Assembly: GCA_951406725.2 (NCBI GenBank)
Contig: OX597828.1
Coordinates: 69,130,001-69,194,000, forward strand
Source: Octopus vulgaris
Taxonomy: Eukaryota
DNA: 64,000 nucleotides
Direction of reading: 5' to 3'
Position numbers and translations under genes: made by a program
Shown: positions 1 to 12,191 of the stretch, piece by piece
How positions within the stretch are numbered: the first letter of the stretch is position 1
Layout: the number at the start of each line of letters is the position of its first letter
Notes under the pieces: model-generated
Told to the model about the DNA's origin: nothing
Databases searched by the model: none
Seen by the model: the letters and a program-made list of their open reading frames with translations, nothing else

Positions 1-56
1 ACCTCTCAAAGAATGCATTTCGGTACCTTCTAACATATGTTTAGCAAATCCGAAAT
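1..56 (-). CDS. ULK3: ULK3-like kinase, coding exon 5 (DFG motif; continues beyond the window)
   Basis: TTTTCCAG acceptor, then (G)AT TTC GGA, giving DFGFAKHMLEGTEMHSLRG in frame with exon 4. Confidence 0.93.
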
Positions 57-524
57 CTGGAAAAGAAATTATGAGATATCTTAAATGATAACTTCTTAGA
101 TTGGTTTGAGACTACATACCTACCTGGAGAAGTAAACCTAATATTTACCTGGTAATTATTTTCTTGATTCTTGAGCCTAAGTAGCCTCTGCAGTATTTCA
201 CCTCATAATGGAGGGAATCAAATTAAATACTGTTTAGCATCTATCCTGTGTTTTGCTATTTCCATCTTATAATTATTGTAAGATGACAAAAATATTTAAG
301 AGAGAATATAGTCAAATGCATAAAATTATTTTCCTAATAACTCCAGTAGTTATCATGCTAATTACATCTCCACCAACTCTTTCATCTGTTGTGAGCAGAC
401 CAGATTTTTCATAGCATTAAGTGGATGAAAATGTAAATCTTCACTGTTTATTGTAGGCAACATTTCTTGAAGACTGAACGCCTGTCCTCAACAGTTAGCT
501 GAATTTAGGTGCATTTTATGTGCT

Positions 525-930
525 CATCATCATCATTGTTCGACCGTGGTCGAGACAATGGAATTTACTATGCTACGCCAGACTTCACGGTCCATCATAG
601 CATTATGGAGGTCCTGTTGCTGGATGCCTGTATCCCTGGGTGCGCCCTCTGGTATCGTGAGCAGATGGCTTCCAGAGGAGAAGAGTAGAAATTGCCTCGT
701 TTTCAGCTCTACAACAATGTCTAGCAAACTGGACTTTTCTACCTTTCACAAGAGATGATACAGGTGGTAGTTTCCCATATATTTGTACTTTGGTTGGATG
801 ATGCTTCCACGAGAGATTTTGAGCTCTGATAAGGAGGCAAGTGTAAGTTCCATCCAACCGCCTCTCAAGCTTCTTTGACAACGTCCAGGTTTCTGAGCCA
901 TATAATAGAATTGGTTCGACTGTGGCTTTA
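525..930 (-). mobile_element. RTE-clade LINE 3' fragment
   Basis: ILLYGSETWTLSKKLERRLDG...DREVWR, ending in an (ATG)n tail. Confidence 0.8.
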
Positions 931-942
931 TGTGCTACTTAA

Positions 943-1161
943 CCCTTTAGTGTTCAGATTATTCTATCAAACATAATACTTATTGATTCACATTGATTTG
1001 AATTAATCATGCATTATCTCATATCTTCAAGATCTTGATGGTGTAATTACTTAATGTAGAATAACATTGTAGGGTAGGTGTGAGAGCCTGGATCTGGTCA
1101 GTTTGAACATAAAACAGATTAAGTATTTTGGCCGGATATGGCCGGTTTAAATACTAAAGGG
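943..1161. mobile_element. piggyBac-type MITE
   Basis: TTAA|CCCTTTAG...CTAAAGGG|TTAA. Confidence 0.8.
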
Positions 1162-1433
1162 TTAAACACAAAAATTTCACAAGATGAGAAGAATGTGCAA
1201 ACAGGGTGATTTTAAGGAAGAGTTATTGACTGAGAAGCTCTAGGTATATGGAATGGAAAATATGCAGAGCAAACCTGTTTTTATCAAGACTATGCTGGCA
1301 TGGACATAAAACCAATTTACAGATTCAGTTTTACCCAGCATTGACTGACAAATCCCAAACTTTGTTAGAAATTGCAACGTTTTACACTGCAAGAGGTGGT
1401 GATTGTAAGACAGAAGCATCAAGAAATATTTAC

Positions 1434-1538
1434 CTGCAATCTTTAGTATTGGGTTTTCTGAGGAAGTTAAGAGTATGTTCTGTGGTTTTAGGTCCATGTG
1501 AGCAACATTATTACTCCATAAAAAATGAATGGCAAGTG
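1434..1538 (-). CDS. ULK3: ULK3-like kinase, coding exon 4 (catalytic loop)
   Basis: CAG acceptor, then (A)LAIHFLWSNNVAHMDLKPQNILLTSSENPILKIA+G, then GTAAAT donor. 105 nt, phase 1/1. The HxDLKPQNILL loop is typical of the ULK family. Confidence 0.95.
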
Positions 1539-1557
1539 CTGTAAATAAACAAATCAC

Positions 1558-1597
<40 letters not shown>

Positions 1598-2921
1598 TCA
1601 TAATATTTCCAGGTCACACTGGTGAAGAGAGAGTGATATGATACAAGGGAAATGAGTGACAGCCAAATGTATCTGAGGAAAAATGGAACAATTTACAAAT
1701 AAATCATTTGGACTTAAAAACATTTCCAATTTGTTCTGTTCTGGACTTACTCTCTCACTTTAACCTCTCATCACATATCATAAAGGTGCCTCTTTCTCGT
1801 ACTCTGTCAAAAGAGAATCTTGGTCTTGCAGGCTGGGTGACAACCCCATTGGTGCTGGTGCTATGAAAAAAGGCACCCACTCAGTACATACTGCAAAGTT
1901 TGTGGGCATTAGGAAGGTTATCCAGCTGTGGAAACCATGCCAGAGCATGGAATACTGGAATACAATGCAGTCTTAGGACTTGTCAGATCCTCTCAAACCA
2001 TCCAAGCCATTACCAGTACAGAACATATATGTTAAGTGATGATGATGATGATGAATCAGGCAATCTGAAAATTCATTTTATTGCCCTTACATACACACAC
2101 ACACAGAGCATGCATGTAAGCATGTGTGTGATCATGAGTTCTCTGATGGATTTCCTTCTGTGTTCTGCAACAGACTTACTTCCAGAGAAAATCAATTCTT
2201 CCTGTTTCATTTCACTGCCAAGTTTCTGGCAGACGTTGACCTTTGTTGAATTCAGGTGGATCATAAAATAAAAGGTGTCTGCATATATATTAAATTTCAC
2301 ACACACACACACATAAACAAACAGACATGATATGGCAATTAATTTTGAAAGAAAAGATCTTTAATATAATATTTAATTCAATTTAATACACACTCACATA
2401 CACACACAACTATCATGCAATGTGAAGACAAGGAGACACACACATATGATAAACTTCTTTCAGTTTCCATCTACCAAATTTAGTCACTCAGTTACAAAAC
2501 TGAGTGAATGAATATTCAAAATCCTCAGCTATCTGGCCTCCATGCCGGTAGCATGTAAAAGACACTATTCGAGCGTGATTGTTACCAACGTCGCCTTACT
2601 GGCACCTGTGCCAGTGGCATGTGTAAAAAGATTTGAGCGAGGTCGTTGCCAGTACAGTCTGACTGGCCCTGTGCCGGTGGCATGTAAAAGTACCCACTAC
2701 ACTCTCGGAGTGGTTGGTGTTAGGAAGGGCATCCAGCTGTAGAAACTCTGCCAGATCAGATTGGAGCCTGGTGCAGCCATCTGGTTCGCCAACCCTCAGT
2801 CATTCGTCTAACCAATGCTAGCATGGAAGGCGGACATTAAACGATGATGATGATGATGAGGATAGGCTTTATGTTTTATATTTAAATGTGTATGTCTATG
2901 TTCACATGTATGTATGTGTAG

Positions 2922-3027
<106 letters not shown>

Positions 3028-3799
3028 CGAGGGAGCATACCATGCAAAAGTCTTCTGCCACTTTAAACTATTGTAAATTTCTACTAATTGCCAACTTATA
3101 AGTGGATGTTTTGCATTGTTTTTCTTTATAGATGAAACATTGGCCCTGTTGGTATCCTTTTCATACCTAATCATTATATTTTGTAGTGGGGGCTCTGAAT
3201 GAAAGGGGAAGATGTGAGACATCCACCAAAAATAGCCATGCAAAAGTTTTCATCCACCTCACATAAACCAATCAAGATACAGCATTTTAAAACAGAAAAA
3301 TGTCCATAATGGAAATTTATTACATAATGCGCATTTCAAGGAGTTACTGTACATTGTTAATATTTTGTATTATTCTTTTCTTTTATTCTTTTACTTGTTT
3401 CAGTCATTTGACTGCGGCCATGCTGGAGCACCGCCTTTAATCGAGCAACTCAACCCCAAGACTCATTCCTTGTAAGCCCAGTACTTATTCTGCCGGTCTC
3501 ATTTGCCGAACCACTAAGTAACGGGGACATAAACACACCAGCATCGGTTGTCAAGCAAAGCTAGGGGGACAATCACAGACACACAAACACACACATGCAT
3601 ATATATATATATATATATATACATATATACGACGGGCTTCTTTCAGTTTCCGTCTACCAAATCCACTCACAAGGCTTTGGTCGGCCCGAGGCTATAGTAG
3701 AAGACACTTGCCCAAGGTGCCACGCAGTGGGACTGAACCTGGAACCATGTGGTTCGTAAACAAGCTACTTACCACACAGCCACTCCTATGCCTATGGCT

Positions 3800-4627
3800 T
3801 CCCTTAGCTTGAATAATTGCTTCAATGCACCTGGGAAGAGATGCATACCAATCCTTCACTATCTTCACAGGTACGAGATGCCATTCTCTGAGACTGAGCT
3901 CCCACAACTCTTCAAAGTTGCATGGATTCTTCTGATGAACTCTTCTCTTTAGTTCTGTCCACATTAGCTCAATGATATTTAAGTCATGGCTCTGAGCTGG
4001 CTGATCTATCAATACCTTAACACCTTCATCAGCCAGGCTCTGTCATGTTGCATGCCATTTGTGGCATGGAGCCTCCATCATACTGAAAAATCTCACCTTC
4101 ATCCAAGTCTGGTATCAAATTGTCCTTCAGCAACTGGATGTATTTTGGCACTATTCAAGTTCAACTTTCTTGAACCATCAGCTTTTTATGTATCCCCAAA
4201 GCATCAGACTGTTTTCATCATGTAACGTGGGTTGTTTTGCTTTCCTGGAGGCCTTCTGACAAATTCTCACTTCTTACAAAGTGAAACAACCCATGTTACA
4301 TGATGAAAACAGTAAAGTTTGTGTGGTAAGAGTTTGATACTTTGGGGATAAATAAAAAGTGATGGTTCAAGAAAGTTGGTTAAAACTGATGGCAACTTGA
4401 ATAGTGCCAAATACATCCGGTTGCTAAAGAACAGTTTTTGGTACCAGACTTGGATGAAGGTGAGATTCTTCAGTATGATGCAGCTCCATGCCACAAATTA
4501 TGTACAACACAACAGAGTTTGGCTGATGAAGGTGCTAAAGTATTGAAAGACTGGCCAGCTCAGGGCCCTGACTTAAATATCATTGAGCAAATGTGGACAG
4601 AACTAAAGAGACGAGTTCATCAGAGGT
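3800..4627. mobile_element. Tc1-like transposase fragments in inverted duplication
   Basis: WPAQGPDLNIIEQMWTELKRR on plus (4550-4615) and a near-identical segment on minus (3940-4010). The arms meet near 4260. Confidence 0.8.
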
Positions 4628-4817
4628 TTACTAAACGAAAAGGTATGCTGGGTAAGTGCTGTAGTATGTCAACTGTTAAGTTTCAAGATCACAGCTAAGG
4701 CTGGATCAAGGGATTAGTGTTAGGGTTCTGTAATAGCAGCTATGTATAATATTAGAGGAAAAACCAAAACCAAGGCAGAACGAGTGTCTGAAGTCATTTA
4801 GAATAATTTAATTTGAA

Positions 4818-4893
4818 GTCTTACAGCTGTTTCTAGGATAACCCAAATGATAGGTTAGCATGTCCATGCACTGGATATTCCATCATCAGAGAC
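4818..4893 (-). ncRNA. Type I hammerhead ribozyme motif in ULK3 intron 3 (sense to ULK3)
   Basis: Minus strand GTCT-CTGATGA-TGGAATA...TATCCTA-GAAAC AGCT GTA-AGAC. Stem I is GTCT/AGAC, stem III is palindromic and the triplet is GUA. Confidence 0.75.
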
Positions 4894-5428
4894 AAGGTAT
4901 ATTTTAGATGGGGAAAAATTTACAGCTTACAAGGCATAAAGTTCACAGTTTATAAGGAATAAAATAGAAGAATAAAGGAACAAATATAGAAGAATGAAGA
5001 GTAAAAGTAGTTCGAAGAATATAAGCAGGAGAATAATGTTCACAACTCATCTTTTTCCTGAGGATATAGATGTTGGTCAGTACTTCCATGAAGGTGCAGG
5101 TCTTGAGTTAAAATCCCAGGTAAAGTCGGGCAGTGTTTTGAAAGTATTCATATTGTAAATGTCTATACAGAAAGTATGATGGACATAAATGGGTTTTGTG
5201 AGTGGGTTTATGAGAGAGGGAGAAAGAGAGATCGGAGAAAGGAATAAAAAATAAGATAGTGGTAAAAGGGTAAAAAATAAGAATAAATATATGTATACAT
5301 ATATAACCACATGGTTCTGGGTTCAGTCCCACTGCCTGGCACCTTGAACAAGTGTCTTTTACTATAGCTTAGGGCCGACCAAAGCCTTGTGAGTGGATTT
5401 GGTAGATGGAAACTGAAAGAAGCCTGTC

Positions 5429-5474
<46 letters not shown>

Positions 5475-5966
5475 GTGTGTATATGTTTGTGTGTCTATGT
5501 TTGTCCCCTCAACATTGCTTGACAACCAATGCTGGTGTGTTTACATCCCTGTAACTTAGCAGTTCGGCGAAAGAGACCGATAGAATAAGTACTAAGCTTA
5601 CAAAGAATAAGTCCTGGGGTCGATTGGCTCGACTAAAAGGCGGTGCTCCAGCATGGCAGCAGTCAAATGACTGAAACAAGTAAAATAGTAAAATAATATA
5701 TCATGTGACTGACCAGACTATCAGATGCTACAACACATCACTGGTCATAATGCATTTTGCATCGTTTTAGCCTTTGAATGATGCCACCCAGCTGGCTAGG
5801 TGAGCAAGCCAACATTAGCTGCAGACAGAAAGCAGAACTGGAGCAACATGAAATGAAGTGTTTTGCTCAAGAACACATGGCACTGTCCGATATATATATA
5901 TTCGCCATGATAGATTGCTAGCCACTAAACCTTTTTCTATTTTCTCTCCCTGTTTGTTTCTGTGTT

Positions 5967-6004
5967 CCTTTCTGTTGAAGAGCATAGACTCGAAACATAA
6001 AAGG
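5967..6004 (+). ncRNA. Degenerate minimal hammerhead-like motif
   Basis: CCTTT-CTGTTGA-AGAGCATAGACTC-GAAAC ATA-AAAGG. A6 is substituted and stem III is broken. Confidence 0.35.
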
Positions 6005-6569
6005 TTTTCTCACTTACTGAGCATTAAACTAATACATCTGTTTGTTGTTTACACACCTATCTTTGTCTTCTGTTCTTTTTGTAAATTCTCACTATCGGCC
6101 GCTTGTTCAACATGTGTCTTATCACCGAAAAGGTAATTATTTTTCCATGCTTGCTGATATTGTTTTTGTGTCTCTCTTTTTGTCTCAAAGCCGTAGGGTG
6201 TCTGTGTCATCCATGTTTTTAACCGTTACTGTCTCCAAAAAAGATTTTTCGTTTCATGTTCATCTCTGTTGCGTTGCATTCTTTCCTTCTGTGGCTGGCT
6301 GATTCAGAGCGGATCTCAGAATTAAACAGCCGAAATCTGCGATGAGGGATCAGTTTCTGACTGAAGAATGAAGGCTTTGAATGACCCGTTTGTCTTTTTG
6401 TTCGTCCGTTCGTGTATTTCATGTTATTTATTTATGTAAAGGTTTATTATATATATATATATATATATATATTTCTCTCACTGCCCCCACCTCTCTCTCT
6501 CACTGTCTCTCTCTGTGTTCAACCAAAAATATAAAATAAGGAGATAGAAAATAAAAATGAATGAATTAC

Positions 6570-6690
6570 CTATTTGTTGCAGGAACCGACGTACAACAAG
6601 TTCTGGTAAAGCTCTCTTCTTTCTCAAGAAGTGTGATAAATCTCCCCCAATGCAATACTCCATGATGAGATAAATGAATTTATCATCCCA
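6570..6690 (-). CDS. ULK3: ULK3-like kinase, coding exon 3
   Basis: CAG acceptor, then WDDKFIYLIMEYCIGGDLSHFLRKKRALPELVVRRFLQQI+G, then GTAATT donor. 121 nt, phase 0/1. Confidence 0.95.
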
Positions 6691-6776
6691 CTGAAACAAG
6701 AAAGCAATGATGATGAGGAAGATTGTGGTGGTAGCACAATCACAAGATTTTGATTTACAAACACCAGCCACACACA

Positions 6777-6812
<36 letters not shown>

Positions 6813-7141
6813 AGTTCAGCAAAATTTAGATTCAGATGAATATGGTACTTAAGTTAAAGGCACCAGAATTTTGTATGGTATTATCCATATAAATCAAATG
6901 GGGTGATTATAATCAAAATAAGCAACAAGGATATCCAAGGTAGTGTAGTACAATCGTTTCATGCTACTTCATTTTATTGAACACTGTAAGTATTATATCA
7001 GTTTTAAAATGTCGAGCAATCTTCAGTCACATATAGAATTTTTTAAAACTGATGTAGTACTTACAGTGTTTAATAAAATGAAGTAGCATGAAACGATTGT
7101 ACTGCACTACCTTGGATATCCTTGTTGCTTATTTTGATTAT
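6813..7141. repeat. Fold-back Penelope-type terminal remnant (same family as 52472-53042)
   Basis: Arms 6909-7009 and 7041-7141. The tail at 6813-6908 matches the reverse complement of 52937-53042. It is flanked by TA runs and carries CTGAAGA...GAAACGATTGTA on the minus strand. Confidence 0.8.
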
Positions 7142-7714
7142 ATATATATGTGTGTGTGTGTATGTAATTAAAAAAATAATAATAGAAATATAGCACAGGA
7201 GAATGATGAATAACAGATGGAAAAAGCAAAACAAAATACACACACATGAGATGGACATGTTCCTTCCCTCATCAGTTATCAACCAAATATCATAATTCTG
7301 ATATATATACATATCACAGTACCTCAGTATCGAACATATTATCAGATATCACTTCTTGCAGTGATGGATGTTACCCATTGGCTAAGTGGGCAAGCCAACA
7401 TCCCCTCTGAATGGAATGCATTTAATCTTGCAGTACACAAATTTTCAATTAAGTCTTGATTAAAAAAAATAATAAACCACTGTCTCTATTGAATAGTCTC
7501 TATTAAATTTGGTGTAGTAAAATGTGGTTAGTTTGACGTGTGCCTTTATCCAATTGTAAAACTAAACATTAAAAGAACTTTTGGAGAGATTTGCCTTTTA
7601 AAAAAAGGACTGTGGCCAGGGTAGTAATATGAGGGACTGTACAAAGTAAAGACAATATATTATCAAATATAAGATTATTTGTTTTCCTATATGCTTTGCC
7701 ATGAAACACTAAAG

Positions 7715-7984
7715 ATATTCTGTTATGTCTGGGGAGAGTCATTTTCTTTTTGTGCCTTATTATGTAACACACTCACTGGTAAAATTTCCACTTTTTTTCT
7801 TATTTTTATTTTCCTAAAATTTCTGTTGCGTCTTGCAACCTTTTCAAAACTATTGAAAAGGTTGCAAGACGCAACGAAAATTTTAGGAAAATAAAAATAA
7901 GAAAAAAGTGGAAATTTTACCAGTGAGTGTGTTACATAATAAGGCACAAAAAGAAAATGACTCTCCCCAGACACAACAGAATAT
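7715..7984. repeat. Near-perfect fold-back (about 133-bp arms, 5-nt loop) in ULK3 intron 2
   Basis: 7715-7847 is the reverse complement of 7853-7984 with only a few mismatches. Confidence 0.95.
7850..7886 (+). ncRNA. Hammerhead-like motif with U3-A8 core variant at the tip of a long hairpin
   Basis: CTA-TTGAAAA-G-GTTGC AAGAC GCAAC-GAAAATTT-TAG. Stem I is only 3 bp, cut by the inversion point. Confidence 0.45.
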
Positions 7985-8067
7985 GCTTCAACACACGAAC
8001 TCATATAAAGAATCTTGCAAACCAAATCCAAAAACTAAAGATATGATTAACTGAAATATATATTTAC

Positions 8068-8208
8068 CAAGAAGTCTTTCAACTCTACAATGTGTTCATG
8101 TTTTAATTTTTTCAATAATTCAATTTCGGTGAGTAAATTCTCTGTTGATCTTTTGTTTAGTGTACTTTTCAATACACATTTAATAGCCACCACTTCTCTA
8201 ACGCCAGT
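8068..8208 (-). CDS. ULK3: ULK3-like kinase, coding exon 2 (VAIK lysine, helix C)
   Basis: CAG acceptor, then [47 protein letters not shown], then GTAAAT donor. 141 nt, phase 0/0. Confidence 0.95.
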
Positions 8209-8515
8209 CTGTGAAAAGATAAGTTAAACTATGCAACATGAATACAGTAAAATACAATAGCAGAATAATGTATATATAATTAATACAAAAACAATAAATA
8301 ATGTATAATATATAGTCCAACCAACTTCGATTTTTTTTTTCTCAGGAGAAATCATATCAAATCTAGTAAATAGCTGGCCATTACGGGTTGAGCTTGTTTT
8401 GTAGGACATATAAACATTCTTCCCACATCGTTGTTTAAATGTCAGTTGTTTCAGGTATATGGTCATCTTCATCTTCTTCTACAATATCAATATATCATAT
8501 CCTTGTTATCTGCAT

Positions 8516-8912
8516 CAGCGGTTTTTAAACTTTTTTGTAATACCCCTCACCCCATCAGCCTTTAAGTAGTAGTTGAAGCACCGTGACTAAACTAACTTAA
8601 TATGGATAACTTGTAAATTTTACTCTAAAATGGATTGTCTAAACTTTTAACAGTAAAATGATAAAAGAAAAAATGTAATAATGAGAAAAGTTGTAAATTT
8701 ATTTTATACATTGCAAGTTAATGGATTCCCTCTGCCTGATGAGATTTTATTTTAATAACCATTGCTAGTTTTATCATGTATAATATGATTACTATTACAG
8801 GTCAAATTTAGTATACTAATTATGTTACCTCATTGCCTGCTAAAGCCTAATGCCTCCTTTGATATATCCAGCACCCTCTTGGGGTTAGCACCACCCACAT
8901 TGAGAACCACTG
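8516..8912. mobile_element. hAT (Charlie-type) MITE
   Basis: TIR CAGCGGTT/AACCACTG, with 8-bp TSD ATCTGCAT/ATCTACAT. Confidence 0.65.
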
Positions 8913-9754
8913 ATCTACATTATCATTACTATTATCTTTTGTACAATCAACATTGCTTCATCATCATCATCATTTAACGTCCGTTTTCCATGCTAGCATG
9001 GGTTGGACGGGTCGACTGGGTCTGGGAAGCCAGGAGGTTGCACCAGGCTCCAGTCTGATTTGGAAGTGTTTCTACAGCTGGATGCCCTTCCTAACACCTA
9101 CCACTCCGTAAGTGTAGTGGGTGCTTTTTACATGCCACTGGCACCGGTGCCAGGGGACACTGGCAGCAGCCGTGATCGATTGGTGCATTTTACGTGCCAC
9201 CAGCACAGAAGCCAGTCAAGGCGGCGCTGCCATCGGCCACGCTAGGATGGTGCTTTTTACGTGCCACCGGCACAGGTATCACAACTACAATTTCCATTTG
9301 CTATTTATTTTGATGTTGATGTACTTGACTCAACAGGTCTCCTAAAGCACAGCAGGTCATGTGCCACTGGCACAGAAGCCAGTCAAGGTGGCGCTGGCAT
9401 CAGCCACGTTCGGATGGTGCTTTTTACCCATTTAGAAATTGCTTATATTGTTATTATAATCGTCATTATTAATCTCAATGTTACAGTCATGAACATCTCC
9501 AGTTATAATAACTATCACCATCACCATCAGCATACAAGAACATTTAAAACATTTCACCTTAAATGACAACTTGAGTTCCGCATTAAGATATTCAGGATAG
9601 ATAGCGAAAAATGGTGATGACCTTATAGCATTGTTGCATATATCTTTACATCATGATCTCACTAATACATATTTTAAAGTACCATTACTAATTCTACATC
9701 ACAGTTGATGTATTTCTACGAGGAAATGAATTGTTGTCGTCATCGTCGTCATTG

Positions 9755-10375
9755 TCATCATCATCATCGTTTAACATCTGCTTTCCATGCTAGCATGGGT
9801 TGGACGGTTTTGACTGAGGGCTGGCGAACCAGATGGCTGCACCAGGCTCCAGTCTTGATCTGGCAGAGTTTCTACAGCTGGATGCCCTTCCTAACGCCAA
9901 CCTCTCCGAGAGTTTAGTGGGTGCTTTTTACGCGCCACCGGCACGGGGCCAGTCAGGCGGTACTGGCAATGACCTCGCTCAAATCTTTTTACACATGCCA
10001 CCGGCACAGGTGCCAGTAAAGCGACATTGGTAAAGATCATGCTCAAATGGTGCCCTTTTACATGCCACCGGCACGGAAGCCAGTTGGTTGCTCTGGCAAC
10101 GATCACGCTCAGACGGTGCTTTTGGCACCCTACTAGCACAGGCACAAGTGCCAGTAAGGTGACGCTGGTGATGATCACACTCGAATGGTACCCTTTTATG
10201 TGCCACTGGCATGGAAGCCGGTTAGCCGCTCTGTCAATGATCATCCTCGTATTGTGCTCTTTTGGTGCTCTTTGCACCCCACTTAGCACGGATGCCAGTC
10301 ATCGAATTTGATTTTGATTTTGATTTCACTTGCCTCAACAGGTCTTCGGAAGCAGAGTTTAGTGACCAAAGAATC
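9755..10375 (-). mobile_element. SINE-like family 4 with internal roughly 60-bp tandem units and (ATG)n tail (other copies about 1810-2055 +, 2540-2860 +, 8958-9430 -, 10750-10955 +, 11090-11400 -, 29470-29885 -, 30570-30975 -, 33779-34157 -)
   Basis: Shared TTAGGAAGGGCATCCAGCTGTAGAAAC core, variable numbers of GTGCCACCGGCAC-containing units and an RTE-like tail. Confidence 0.85.
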
Positions 10376-11694
10376 TTGTTTAAAAAATATTTGTTTCATT
10401 AACCTAAGCTAATGTCCAGATTTTAAAATATTTCCCATTTGGAAATTCTCAGATTCAACTTCAGATCAACAAAGATACAATATCAAAAAGAAAAATGAAA
10501 GACACTTTGAAACACAGGCCATGCTGAAATATTTGATTATTACTGTGAAAAATAATATTCAGTATAAAAACAAAAAGCAAAAACAATTATACAGAGACAA
10601 GTGTTGCAAACTGATGCTTTTCTTGTTTAATATATCTAAAAGGCATGTTGTGCGTTTTGATTACCCTAACATCTCATCACGTAGTACAAAGCCACATTAC
10701 TCAATACTAGTCCCCGCTTAGTTGAGGGGTTGTGCCTTGCAAGTTGCTTGATGGCTTAACTGCTGCTGGTGCCACATAAAAAGCATTCAGTCCACTCTAT
10801 GAAGTGGTTGAATTAGGAAGGGCATCCAGCCACAGAAATCATGCCAAAGCAGATGGTGGAGCTTGGTGAAATCTTCTTCTGACTTGTTAGGTCCTGTCAA
10901 GCCATCCAACCCATACCAGCAAGGAAGAAGGACATTAAATGATGATGATGATAATAACGTATATATGTTTGTATGCATGAATGTACGTATGTGCGTGTGT
11001 GTGTGGGGGGGTTGCATGTAACATTTGCATTATCACAGAGTGAGTCGTTGTAGTCACTGAAATTTTAACCTGCACATGAACTGTATGGTTATCATCATCA
11101 TCATTGTTTAACGTCCGCCTTCCATGCTGGCATGGGTGGAACAGTTTGACAAGAGCCAGCCAGGCAGAAACCTGCACCAGAGTTCTGTGTCTGTTTTGGC
11201 AGGATTTTTATAGCTGGATGCCCTTCCTAACACCAACCACTCATCAGAGTGGACTTAGTCCTTTTTACGTGGCACAAGCACAGGTGAGGTCAGTTTTGGC
11301 AAGGTTTTTACAGCTGGATGCCCTTCCAAATGCCAACCACTTTACAGTGTGGACTGGGTGCTTTTAAGTGGTACCCGCATTGACAGGGTCACCAAATATT
11401 TGCAAGACAAAAAACAACTCTTTCGAGAGGAGAGGGGACATTGGAGGAGGTGATCTTATGTCAGATGATGAAAGGTTATAATGAGGCAGAGAGACAGAAA
11501 CAGGTGTCTTGCTGTAGAGGAGGTACAAGGTTACCTGGTCAGAGAGAGAGAGAAAGCGATCAGGAATGAAGACAGAAACAGATGAACATTCATCAAATAT
11601 ATTCAGACAGATAATAACATTGCAACTTAATCACGAAGTACCTGATGACATTTAAGAAGGTTTACAATCTCAGAGTCACTCTGGTCAGTGGCTA

Positions 11695-11839
11695 TATAGT
11701 TATTTAATTCCATTTGTTTATCTGTCTATTGTATTATATTTTGTTCATATTGTTATCAGTTAACTGATTGTTAACTGATAACAATATGAACAAAATATAA
11801 TACAATATGCAGATAAACAAATGGAATTAAATAACTATA
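11695..11839. repeat. Fold-back, about 70-bp arms
   Basis: TATAGTTATTTAATTCC...ATCAGTTAAC / GTTAACTGAT...GGAATTAAATAACTATA. Confidence 0.85.
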
Positions 11840-12191
11840 ACATTAACAAAATTTAAAATAAAAAAAATCAAGTTAAATTAAATACAAAAAATGAAAGAAT
11901 AGAAAAATAATAAGTAGGTATAAACACATGAATAAAATATATAAAAATAAATCAAACGAACGTGTATAAACAGGGGATATAGATAATACAGGCACTCCCC
12001 CCTCACACACACACGAAAGAACTCTGGCCGAAATATAGTTAATCTAAAAAATTAAATAAAACTGAAGGAAATTAACACCAAATATTTAGTGCATGTGTTT
12101 TTATTGGCTAAACTGGCAACATGACCATCCCTAAATACAAAAATATATAAACATACATATACATATATACATACATATGTTTTTACATATA

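Noticed and set aside
1240-1617. 125-aa ORF as a stand-alone kinase gene
   Set aside because: Only 1434-1538 is exon. The poly-Leu N-terminus is an (ATT)n microsatellite and the C-terminus is intron read-through.
9940-10260. Regularly spaced roughly 60-bp repeats resembling a CRISPR array
   Set aside because: The spacers are related to each other, the array is internal to a multi-copy SINE-like family, the context is eukaryotic, and there are no cas genes.
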